Of a DNA stretch of 64,000 nucleotides, positions 30,882 to 40,183 are shown in pieces (within the stretch, counting starts at the first letter, position 1; the number at the start of each line of letters is the position of its first letter). The stretch is from an uncultured delta proteobacterium. Its GTDB lineage: Bacteria; Desulfobacterota; WTBG01. Made by a program: the position numbers and the translations under genes. Location: positions 64,001-128,000 of the forward strand of contig CAWCBP010000011.1 in NCBI GenBank assembly GCA_963793865.1, given 5' to 3'. Below the pieces are notes generated by a model. It saw only the letters and a program-made list of their open reading frames with translations, ran no database searches and was not told the DNA's origin.

Positions 30882-32864
30882 ATGTTTTCCCTGCTCGATC
30901 TGCTACTCATACTTGCCGCCCTGGCCGTATGCTGCTACGGGGTGTACGACCATGTGCGCCTCTGGCTGGCCGGGCAGCCGGAGCGCCGCGGGGTTTCCCT
31001 GGGCAGGGGCATCTGGTATGCACTCCGCTACGGGTTTTTCCAGCGCTATTTTCTGAAGGAATCCTATCCCGGGATCATGCATCTTTTGATACTGGCGGGA
31101 TTCTGCATTCCCCTTGCGGTCATCGTGGTTACGCAATGGCCCTTCACCCTAACGCTCAGCTTCGGCATTGTTTTTTCCTTCCTGCTGGATATCATCGGCC
31201 TGGCCGCGCTCGTCGGCTGCTGCCTGGCCATCGTCAGGCGCTATGTCATCAAGCCGGCCCGGCTGGACAACACCCGCGATGACGCGCTGGCGCTCATCCT
31301 GGTGACCTCCATTATTTTTCTGGGATTCGTCATCGAAGGCTTCCGCATCGGCATCACCCAGCCGTCCAATGCCCTCTGGAATCCGGTCGGACTGTCTTTC
31401 GCGCGGGTGCTTGCCGCCCTGGGGATGACGGGCGGGGCGGGCTCGGTGTTCCTGCATCACCTTATCTGGCGGGTTCACTTTTTCCTGGTGCTGGCATTCA
31501 TTGCCTATCTGCCATATTCCAAACTCTTTCACATCGTCAGCGCGACCCTCAATACCATCCTGCGCTCCACCGGCCCCAAGGCGGTGCTGGCGCCCATCAC
31601 TGATTTTGAAACCAGGGAAACCTACGGCGTTTCCAACATCCCGGAGTTTACCTGGAAGCAGCTGCTTGATCTTGATGCCTGCACCCGGTGCGGGCGATGC
31701 CAGGACCGGTGCCCGGCCCATCTCACCGAAAAGCCGCTCAGCCCGAAGAAGCTCATTCAGGACCTGAAACAGCATTTGCAGAAGGAGCGCCCCATCCTGA
31801 TGGGAAACGGCAGGGACAAGGAAGGGCAGGCGCTGACGCCCATCATGGGCAATGCCATTACCGATGACGAGCTCTGGTCCTGCACCAGCTGCATGTCCTG
31901 CATGGAGCAGTGCCCGGTGTTCATCGAGCAGATTCCCAAGGTGGTCGACCTCAGGCGCTACCTGGTGATGATGGAAAGCAGCTTCCCTCCGGAAGTGGCC
32001 GGCGTGTTCAAGAACATGGAGGTGAACAGCAATCCCTGGGGTATCGGGCTGGCCAAGCGGGGCGACTGGGCAAAGGCGCTGGGGGTGAAGATATTGTCCG
32101 AGTCGGAAGACAAGGATATTGATGTGCTCTATTACGTTGGCTGCTCCGGCTCTTTCGATGACCGCAACAAGAAGGTGGCCGCCTCTTTTGTTCAGATCCT
32201 GCAGACGGCGGGAGTGCGCTTCGGCATCCTGGGCCCGGAGGAGAAGTGCTGCGGCGATTCCGCGCGCCGGATGGGAAACGAATACCTCTTCCAGCAGCTG
32301 GCCCAGGAAAACATTGCCGCCATGCAGCAGTACGGCGTGAAGACGGTGGTGACCACCTGTCCCCACGGCTATAATATTATCAAGAACGAGTACCCTCAGC
32401 TGGGCGGCGTTTTCCAGGTATATCACCACACCGAGTTCATCGCCCGCCTTGCGGCCGAGGGCAGATTGAAGCTCACCGGCGCATTAAACCACAGGCTGAC
32501 CTTTCACGATTCCTGCTACCTCGGCCGGTACAACAGCATCTATGATCAGCCGCGGAAGGTGGTGGGGAGCATTCCCGGCATCACCCTGCAGGAGATGGAA
32601 CGGAACCGCGAGCGGAGCTTCTGCTGCGGCGCCGGCGGCGGACGCATGTGGATGGAAGAACATCTGGGAACGAGAATCAACCACAGCCGCTTTGAAGACG
32701 CGGTGAAGACCAAGGCGGACATGATCGGAACGGCATGCCCCTTCTGCCTCACCATGCTGGAAGACGCCACCAAGGACAAGGAGATGGAGGAATCCATCAG
32801 GGTGCGTGATGTGGCGGAGCTGGTGGCGGAGTCGATGCATAAGCAAGAGAATACAACAACCTAG
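30882..32864 (+). CDS. Membrane Fe-S oxidoreductase (NarI-like b-heme domain + 2x4Fe-4S + 2 CCG); EMO/FadF type
   Basis: About five TM helices with conserved His (GIMH, WRVH, SKLFH); CTRCGRCQDRCP, CTSCMSCMEQCP, CCGD, CCGAGGG. Confidence 0.9.
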   Translation: MFSLLDLLLILAALAVCCYGVYDHVRLWLAGQPERRGVSLGRGIWYALRYGFFQRYFLKESYPGIMHLLILAGFCIPLAVIVVTQWPFTLTLSFGIVFSFLLDIIGLAALVGCCLAIVRRYVIKPARLDNTRDDALALILVTSIIFLGFVIEGFRIGITQPSNALWNPVGLSFARVLAALGMTGGAGSVFLHHLIWRVHFFLVLAFIAYLPYSKLFHIVSATLNTILRSTGPKAVLAPITDFETRETYGVSNIPEFTWKQLLDLDACTRCGRCQDRCPAHLTEKPLSPKKLIQDLKQHLQKERPILMGNGRDKEGQALTPIMGNAITDDELWSCTSCMSCMEQCPVFIEQIPKVVDLRRYLVMMESSFPPEVAGVFKNMEVNSNPWGIGLAKRGDWAKALGVKILSESEDKDIDVLYYVGCSGSFDDRNKKVAASFVQILQTAGVRFGILGPEEKCCGDSARRMGNEYLFQQLAQENIAAMQQYGVKTVVTTCPHGYNIIKNEYPQLGGVFQVYHHTEFIARLAAEGRLKLTGALNHRLTFHDSCYLGRYNSIYDQPRKVVGSIPGITLQEMERNRERSFCCGAGGGRMWMEEHLGTRINHSRFEDAVKTKADMIGTACPFCLTMLEDATKDKEMEESIRVRDVAELVAESMHKQENTTT

Positions 32865-32881
32865 TGCTTTTCGGGAAGCGT

Positions 32882-33767
32882 ATGTTTGAAATGATCGGGC
32901 GTTCATTCAGTGGCCGTTATATGTGCCGGGTTGCGTGCACGGTTGCTCTTGCGCTGTCGTGCCTTCTCGCTGCGCCGGGGGCATCCTCCGCTTACGAAAA
33001 TAAAGAGTGCCTGGCCTGCCACAGGGATTACGGGCGGGCGGCGGACAAGCTGCCGGAGAATGTTTCGAAACCTGTATGTGGACGAAGCGGCGTGGGAGAA
33101 GGACGTGCACTTCGAGGTGGCCGGCCTGACCTGCGATGATTGCCATGCGGACGCCAAACCGGAGACCCATCCCGCAGAGGGACTGCAAAAGGTAAACTGC
33201 GTCGAGTGCCACGAAGAGCAGGCGGAGGCTTATTATAAAACAGCACACTGGACGGCGGAAGTGCCGGAGGGAAAACAAAAACCGGACTGTTCCGATTGCC
33301 ATACCCCTCATGCCACGCGCTCCAAGGAAGACCCCGAATCCACAGTGTATAAGGGAAAGATCAAGGCAGTCTGCCTTTCCTGCCATGAGGACAGGGCAGC
33401 CTCGTTCAGTATTGCGAACCGGCTTTTGCTGTTCAGGATTTCGGCGCACCGGAAGTCTGATTTGGCAAACCCCTTTGACCGTTCCGAATGCATCAATTGC
33501 CACTTTTCAAAGGCCGTGGGGCACGGAACGGACCCGCTGACGGAAACTCACTGCGGCGAGTGCCATACCGATGAGGCCAAGGCGGGAAAGGCGGTTTTTG
33601 GGCCTTTTCACCTGGACCCGTCGCTCAAGGACCGGCCGATCGTCATGCTGATCCAGGTGGTCAATATACTCATTCTCCTTGCGCTGCTCGCGATGCTGGT
33701 CATCTGGCTGGCCAGGGGTTTTACCAAGCCGGCGGACGGCAAAACAGCGCAGGAGCCGGGAGGTTAG
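32882..33767 (+). CDS. Heptaheme c-type cytochrome with C-terminal membrane anchor; indel near 33068
   Basis: Signal peptide; CLACH, CDDCH, CVECH, CSDCH, CLSCH, CINCH, CGECH across ORFs 32864..33139 and 32910..33767. Confidence 0.85.
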
Positions 33768-33777
33768 AAAAAAAGCT

Positions 33778-34254
33778 GTGTCATACCGGAGCCACACAAT
33801 TCGCCTGGTCATGATTATTGTTGCGCTGGTAGTGGTCTTTGCGCTGGTGCGGTCGTTCCTGATTCCGGAGTCCTTCGGCACCTACGGGCACTACCGGGGA
33901 GACAACCTGGCGGAACAGATGAACATGCCCTTGGTGCACCTGGAATCCGCCTTTTGCCGGGAGTGCCACCAGGAGCAGCACACGGCCTGGCAGGGAAGCA
34001 AGCACAGCGCGGTCAATTGCGAGGTCTGCCACGGCCACTGGGAGATTCATAACGGCAACCTCAAGACCATGACCGCGGTAAAAAGCAATGATGCCTGTCT
34101 GCTCTGCCATCAGGAGCTGACCGGACGGCCGGCAAGCGTATCCCAGATTAAAAACTTTGCCCTCCACCGTGCCGAGAAGGATGAAGGGAAGACCGGTGCG
34201 CAGACCTGTGTAGAATGCCACAACCCTCACGCGCCCCTGGAAACGGGTGCGTAA
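33778..34254 (+). CDS. Membrane-anchored tetraheme c-type cytochrome
   Basis: N-terminal TM, PESFGTYGHYRG, CRECH, CEVCH, CLLCH, CVECH; GTG start after GGAGG. Confidence 0.85.
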   Translation: MSYRSHTIRLVMIIVALVVVFALVRSFLIPESFGTYGHYRGDNLAEQMNMPLVHLESAFCRECHQEQHTAWQGSKHSAVNCEVCHGHWEIHNGNLKTMTAVKSNDACLLCHQELTGRPASVSQIKNFALHRAEKDEGKTGAQTCVECHNPHAPLETGA

Positions 34255-34286
34255 TGCGCCGTGCGGCGGATAAAACGCGGGACAAC

Positions 34287-35048
34287 ATGAAGAACATGGA
34301 CCGAAGAGATTTTTTGAAGACAGGCGGCAAGCTGTGCGCGGGAGGGCTGATTGTCTACACGGCTGAGCTTCTCCTGCCGCGGCTCGGGCGTTCAGCCAGG
34401 GGACCCGCCTACGACTGGGAGAAACATTTCTACGGATTCGTGGTGGACACCACCCTCTGCATCGGCTGCGGCCGGTGCGTCAAGGCCTGCAAGGGGGAAA
34501 ATGGCGTTCCCGACGGGTTTTACCGGACCTGGGTTGAGCGCTACCGCATTACCGAGCATGAGGAGGTGCTGGTGGATTCACCCCGCGGCGCCCTGGACGG
34601 ATTCACGGAGATCGAGTCCGAGGCGAAGGTGGTGAAGTCATTTTTCGTCCCCAAACTCTGCAACCAGTGCTCAAAGCCCAATTGCGTCCAGGTATGTCCC
34701 GTGGGGGCAACCTACCAGACGAAAGAAGGCGTCGTGCTGGTCGATGATAAATACTGCGTGGGATGCAGCTACTGCGTGCAGGCCTGCCCTTACGGGGCAC
34801 GCTACATAGATCACCATGGCAGGGGGGTGGCTGACAAATGCACCTGGTGTTATCACCGCCTGGTGAAGGGCCTGTCGCCGGCCTGTGTCCTGGCCTGCCC
34901 TGTCGGCGCGCGCAAGATCGGCGACCTGCGCGATCCGGCAAGCGAGGTAAGCATAATCTTGCGGGAAAAGCGGGTGAACGTCCTGAAGCCCGAAATCGGC
35001 AATGAGCCGCGGGCCTATTATCTGGGGCTGGACAAGGAGGTGCGCTAG
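34287..35048 (+). CDS. Tat-exported 4Fe-4S protein, NrfC/DsrO-like
   Basis: DRRDFLK; CIGCGRCVKAC, CNQC...CVQVCP, CVGCSYCVQACP, KCTWC...PACVLACP. Confidence 0.92.
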   Translation: MKNMDRRDFLKTGGKLCAGGLIVYTAELLLPRLGRSARGPAYDWEKHFYGFVVDTTLCIGCGRCVKACKGENGVPDGFYRTWVERYRITEHEEVLVDSPRGALDGFTEIESEAKVVKSFFVPKLCNQCSKPNCVQVCPVGATYQTKEGVVLVDDKYCVGCSYCVQACPYGARYIDHHGRGVADKCTWCYHRLVKGLSPACVLACPVGARKIGDLRDPASEVSIILREKRVNVLKPEIGNEPRAYYLGLDKEVR

Positions 35049-36224
35049 ATGCACGAAATAGCAACCCAGGGGTTTGCCTATCCCAATGAACTGCATGTGG
35101 CCTGGAGCGTGATGATCGCCCTCTATCCGTATATCACCGGTCTGGTTGCGGGAGCCTTCATTGTTTCCTCCCTCTACCACGTGTTCGGCGACAAGGACCT
35201 GAAACCGGTCGGCAACATGGCGCTGGTGGCGGCCCTCTGCTTCATCATGTTTTGCATGACCCCGCTGCTCTTTCATCTGGGGCAGCCCTTCAGGTGCTTT
35301 AACATCATGTTTACCCCCAACCTCATGTCGGCCATGTCCATTTTCGGCTATATCTGCTTCTTTTACATGGGCATCCTGATGGTGGAGATATGGCTGGTAT
35401 TCAGAGAGGACATCGTCAAGCGGTCAAAGGAAGGCTTCGTGGTCAAGCGCTGGTTTTACGCGCTGCTGGCGCTGGGAGTCACCGAGATGACCGATGAATC
35501 CCGTGCCCTGGACAAAAAAATCATCGGGGTTCTCGCCGCGGTGGGCATTCCCTCCGCCTGCATACTTCACGGGTATGTGGGATTCATCTTCGGCGCGGTC
35601 AAGTCGAATCCCTGGTGGTCGACGCCGCTCATGCCGCTCATCTTTCTTCTTTCCGCCATTGTCTCCGGCATCGCCGTATTGATACTGATGTACATGATCG
35701 CCATGAAGCTTACCGGAAGAGCAGTCAGCGTTCCCTGCATCCAGGCGCTCTGCAAGTACTTCTGGGGCTTCCTCATCGTTGATGTCACCCTGGAAGGGCT
35801 GGAGGTGCTCACCATGGGCTATGAGGGTGAGGAATCCTGGGGAATCCTTTCGCAGCTCATGACCGGGAAGCTGGCGTTCAGCTACATCTGGATACAGGGT
35901 ATTATCGGCTCCCTTATTCCGCTGGTTCTTTTGGGCATTGTTTCACTGCGGCCCCTGAATGATCGCACCAAAGTGCTTTTTGCCACATTCTCTGCGGTGC
36001 TGATTTTAATCCAGGTATTTGCCATGCGCTGGAATGTGGTCATCGGCGGCCAACTCTTCTCTAAAAGCCTGCGCGGGTTTACCGACTATAATCTTACCCT
36101 GCTCGGGAAAGAAGGCCTGCTGATGTCGCTTGTTCTCTTTTCCCTGCCCTTCATCACCTTTTATATCTGCACCCTGATTTTTCCCATCTTTAAGGATGCG
36201 GGTGAAGTCAAGTCAGGCAGCTGA
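35049..36224 (+). CDS. NrfD/PsrC-family membrane quinol-interacting subunit
   Basis: YPYITGLVAGAF, HLGQPFR, SAMS, LHGYVG, RWNVVIGGQ; multiple TM helices. Confidence 0.92.
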   Translation: MHEIATQGFAYPNELHVAWSVMIALYPYITGLVAGAFIVSSLYHVFGDKDLKPVGNMALVAALCFIMFCMTPLLFHLGQPFRCFNIMFTPNLMSAMSIFGYICFFYMGILMVEIWLVFREDIVKRSKEGFVVKRWFYALLALGVTEMTDESRALDKKIIGVLAAVGIPSACILHGYVGFIFGAVKSNPWWSTPLMPLIFLLSAIVSGIAVLILMYMIAMKLTGRAVSVPCIQALCKYFWGFLIVDVTLEGLEVLTMGYEGEESWGILSQLMTGKLAFSYIWIQGIIGSLIPLVLLGIVSLRPLNDRTKVLFATFSAVLILIQVFAMRWNVVIGGQLFSKSLRGFTDYNLTLLGKEGLLMSLVLFSLPFITFYICTLIFPIFKDAGEVKSGS

Positions 36225-36315
36225 GCTGACCCGGAAGGGTTTGAACGCCTATCAACATTTAAATGCTCCGCATCGTAACCCTCTGTCGTCGGTGCATCTG
36301 TTCCCGGTTTAAAGC

Positions 36316-36344
36316 TTGACAAATCAGCCTAACTCTTCTATAGA
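36316..36344 (+). promoter_or_regulatory. Candidate sigma-70 promoter
   Basis: TTGACA-17 nt-TATAGA upstream of the LVIVD gene. Confidence 0.45.
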
Positions 36345-36412
36345 TTTTTACAGGTTTACATCTGAGCATTTACCAGCCACAGGCTGGTTTTTCTCTCAGA
36401 CACATTCATAAC

Positions 36413-36466
36413 CGGTAGGAGCGGCTTTAAGCCGCGAAAGTATCGCGCATGAATGCGCTCCTGCCG
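36413..36466. repeat. Inverted REP doublet
   Basis: CGGTAGGAGCGGCTTTAAGCCGCGA...TCGCGCATGAATGCGCTCCTGCCG; same family as 18796. Confidence 0.8.
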
Positions 36467-36648
36467 AAATTTCAAATATGTTTGTTCAGATTTAAGCAGA
36501 AAGAGCTGTTCATACAATACGTAATTATACAGGGAGTCACTGTATGGAATGTATTGTGCCAGCAGGGGCAGCCTCAAGGGACAAATCATGAAATGCATGG
36601 TTTGTCTTATTTTTTTGTAACATTTTATAACCTGAAAGGAGGTTCATC

Positions 36649-39600
36649 ATGAATAAAAGAAAGGTGTTTTTAAGTTTGTTGGCTGTTCTGATGGTGTGCA
36701 GCTTTTTCTGTGCTGCTCCCGCCATGGCGGCCGGTGAGTCGGTAACGTTTACCTCCAACATCGGGGGATCCGCCCGCCACGGTATCATCTCCGGCAATTA
36801 CCTGTACAGCCTCATCGGCAGCAAGCTCTATGTCCACAATGTGAGTGATATAGCCAACCCGGTGCCGGTGGGCAGTTTGCCCCTGCCCGGCCAGGCCAGA
36901 AGAAGCGATATCAATGGCAACACGCTCTACATTGCCTGCAGCGAGGGCGGCCTGGTTGCGGTTGACGTGAGCGACCCGGCAAACCCGCAGCAGTTGAGTG
37001 ACACCACGTTTGACACCAGTGAGGAAATCACCAATACCTTTGATGTTGAGATCCGGGGCTCCCTCGCCTATGTCGCCGATTATAACGGGTTCTTCATCCT
37101 TGACATTACCAGCCCCTCCGCTCCCTCGGTTCGCGGTTCATACACCGCTTTTGAAGCCGAGAATCCCCATCTGTACGGAGTTCATATTAACGGCGACTAC
37201 GCTTATGTGTGCTGTGAGTTTGACGGCCTGTATATCTTCAACATAGCCAACCCGGCGGCCATTGCCGTGGAATCACATTATTCCGGATCGCCGGCGGACG
37301 GGCTGAGCAACCAGTATTACGACAGCATCCGTGAAGGGAATTACCTCTACCTGGGGGCAGGCGGCAACGGCTTTGCCATCCTCGACGTGAGTGACGTAAC
37401 CAGCCCGGGTTTCGTTTCATTGATCAACAACGACTACGGCGGCATTCTCGGTCTGGTCAAGTATGGCAACTATGTGTATCCGTTTTCCGAGTTTTACGAC
37501 CAGCCTGAAATTGATGTGTCGGACCCGGCAAATCCGGTGCAGACCGAGATCTTTGACGTGGGCGGGAACCACAGCCTGGGTATCAGCCTGAGCGGCGATT
37601 ACATGATACTGGCGAACTCGACATACGGCATACGCCTGCTGGACATCTCCGGTGCCACCATCACGCAAGTGGGGGCAGTGAGGACCATAGGCCGCGTCAT
37701 GGACTGCGAGGGCAGGGGAGACTATGCCTTCGTTGCCGCCGCGCAGAACGGCCTGCAGGTGCTTGACATGACCGATCCTTCCGCACCTACAGTTGCAGCG
37801 TCGTTTGCGCTTATGGGATATGCCAACGGGCTTGCGCTTGACGGTGATACTGCATACATTGCCCAGCTCACCGAAGAAGGGGCCAGCGGCGGGTTGCTCG
37901 AGATTGTGGATATCTCCAATCCACTAGCCCCGGTTTCAATCGGTTCTGTAGAGCTTGCCGGCGAGCCCAATGATGTGACCGTGCATGATGACATCGCGTA
38001 TGTCGCCGCACAGACGGAAGGGATTTTTCTGGTGGACGTGTCTAATCCGGAAAGCCCGTCAGTGATCACCGATTATAATTCCGGCGGCTCATGCCTGCGT
38101 CTACCCTGTGGGGCCAGTATATTATAGGCGCTGACGGCCTTTCCGGCTTTTTTGTGTTGAAGCCGGACGGAACCACGCTGCATAAAGTGGCCGGCGTGCT
38201 TGACCTCGGGGTGGTGCAGGACATTGCCGTGTGGGACACGGCGCTTTTCCTTCCCGGCACGGTTGCTGAAAAAGGGCTTTCCATTTATGATCTTACCCAG
38301 CCCTATGCGCCGGCGCCCCTCGCGCAGATTGAACAGCGTGACGGACAGAAACCAGGCGGGCCAGATAAAGGCGGTGGCGTTGAGGACAGCTATCTTATGG
38401 TTGCTGACTCGGTGGGCGGCCTCCGGCTGTTTAACATTGCAATCTCGCCAGTCCGGTGGAGCTTGCGCGCACGTTGCGCAGCATCCACGGCGATCCGGTG
38501 CGGGTGACCTATAGCCGTGAGCAGGGACTGGCTTATGTTCCTTCGCAGATAATCGGTTTGTATATTTATGATGTCGTACTGCCCGAACCTGCCGCCGTTA
38601 ATCTTGAAGGGCGCTGGATCGGCACCGGCACGGCGGAGGGATCGGCCATCGGCATATCCGCGGAACTCAACCAGGCCCAAGACCTGCTTGCCGGCACGGT
38701 AATGTTTTATAGGGGAGGACAACCGAAGACGCAGTGCCGTCAATACCACGGTGAGCGATTCAACCACCATTGCGATGTCATCGCCGGCGTAGTCCCGCGC
38801 GGGATTCCTCACTGATGTCCAGATGAGCTATGCCGGGATACGGGGATACGGCGATGTAAGCGACATGACTGCCGTGCTTGATGCTGCCGTGACCGCCCAG
38901 CTTGCTGCCACCCAAAGCCGGTGGAAAGAATCGGGTTGAACCTGGCCCAGCCATCCATTAAGAGAGCCCTTGCGGCAGAGGATTTGAGCAGCCAGCTTAC
39001 GGATCTTGCCTTTGCCGAACTTTTCATTTCGCTCACCCCGATGGGCGGCGCAGTCGCTCCGGCGGCTGTCTATATGAATGATGCGGCATTGCAGGAATCC
39101 TACGTCGCGCAGGCCATTGCCCAGAACCAGGTCGACGATATCTGCGCCGATTACGAACGCCAGTTGACTCGTCATGATGATCGCGGCGACCGGGCAATGA
39201 CCGGCGCGGCAACAAGGAATGGTGCCGCCGCGCTGTCCGCCCTCAGCAGGGCAAACCGCCAGTATGAAGCTGTATCGGAAGCCTACCTTGAAAACAAGCC
39301 GAACTGCCCGGAGTGGGGCATAGCCACCTTTGACGGCTACTACGAAGGAACCGTCAACTTTCTGGGCATCATCAGCGGCATTTTCAAGGTCTGCGCGGAT
39401 GAGGATGAGGCGGGCGCCATAACCGGCGATGTTTTCATAGAGATTGAAGCGTCCGGTGAATACATGGGCGGGCCCATAACCGAGGCGACCAACAGCACCG
39501 CTACCGGTATCAGCGTGGTTAACGGCGTTTTCACCGTCCAGATAGGCGATCTTACAGTGCCGATTTTAATCCAGGAATGGAAGTACGATCCCGCCGCTGA

Positions 39601-39727
39601 CACGTGGATCGGCAAGATTTATGTCGAGGCCCAGAAGACGACCGGTAACATCACCCTCAAGCGCAGTCCGATATATGCCCCGAAGGGTGGAATGCAAAAC
39701 CCATGTAAGAGAAGTTGGCAGGTTTAG
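36649..39727 (+). CDS. Large secreted LVIVD-repeat protein; several frameshifts after about 38090
   Basis: Signal peptide and repeated YAYVA...GL.ILDVSDP.xP units. Continues through ORFs 38091..38507, 38456..38815 and 38921..39727. Confidence 0.7.
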
Positions 39728-39753
39728 TATAGTAGTCTGAAGTTAATTGAGAG

Positions 39754-39801
39754 GCCGGACCACGCTGGCGGTTTACATGTTGAGCGTGGTCCGGTTTTTT
39801 T
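39754..39801 (+). terminator. Intrinsic terminator
   Basis: GCCGGACCACGCT...AGCGTGGTCCGGT followed by a T run. Confidence 0.7.
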
Positions 39802-39862
39802 GTGTTGTTGGATTTAGGATTCATATTTCATGATGCAGGCTTAAAAAGCGGGGCATCTGGGG

Positions 39863-39935
39863 AGAGGGACGCCCTTAAATTTCTAATATTCATTTTGCAG
39901 TTTACACAAACTTAGATATTTAAGGGCGTCCCTCT
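39863..39935. repeat. 24-bp inverted repeat with 25-bp spacer
   Basis: AGAGGGACGCCCTTAAATTTCTAA...TTAGATATTTAAGGGCGTCCCTCT (1 mismatch). Confidence 0.75.
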
Positions 39936-40183
39936 TTTACTTCCTTAAAAGCCCCGGGAATTAACCTTGCCATTTCGCAGTAATTGTAATAGGTTGGAAG
40001 AAGTGTGAACAGGCAACATACAGGATGCATAGTGCAGGGTTCATGATACAAGTGGAAAGAATTTTCACAGGCTGCCAGGTCCTTTCCAGTAACCTGCAAC
40101 GTGCAACATGTAACTTGCAACCTTCTTTTCGTGCATCCTGTATCGTGCGTCATGGGCCATCAAACATTCCCTCCTGAGATGCC

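Noticed and set aside
29699..32429. Long minus-strand ORFs (403 and 426 aa)
   Set aside because: Antisense shadows of etfA and the Fe-S oxidoreductase in GC-rich coding DNA; no motifs.
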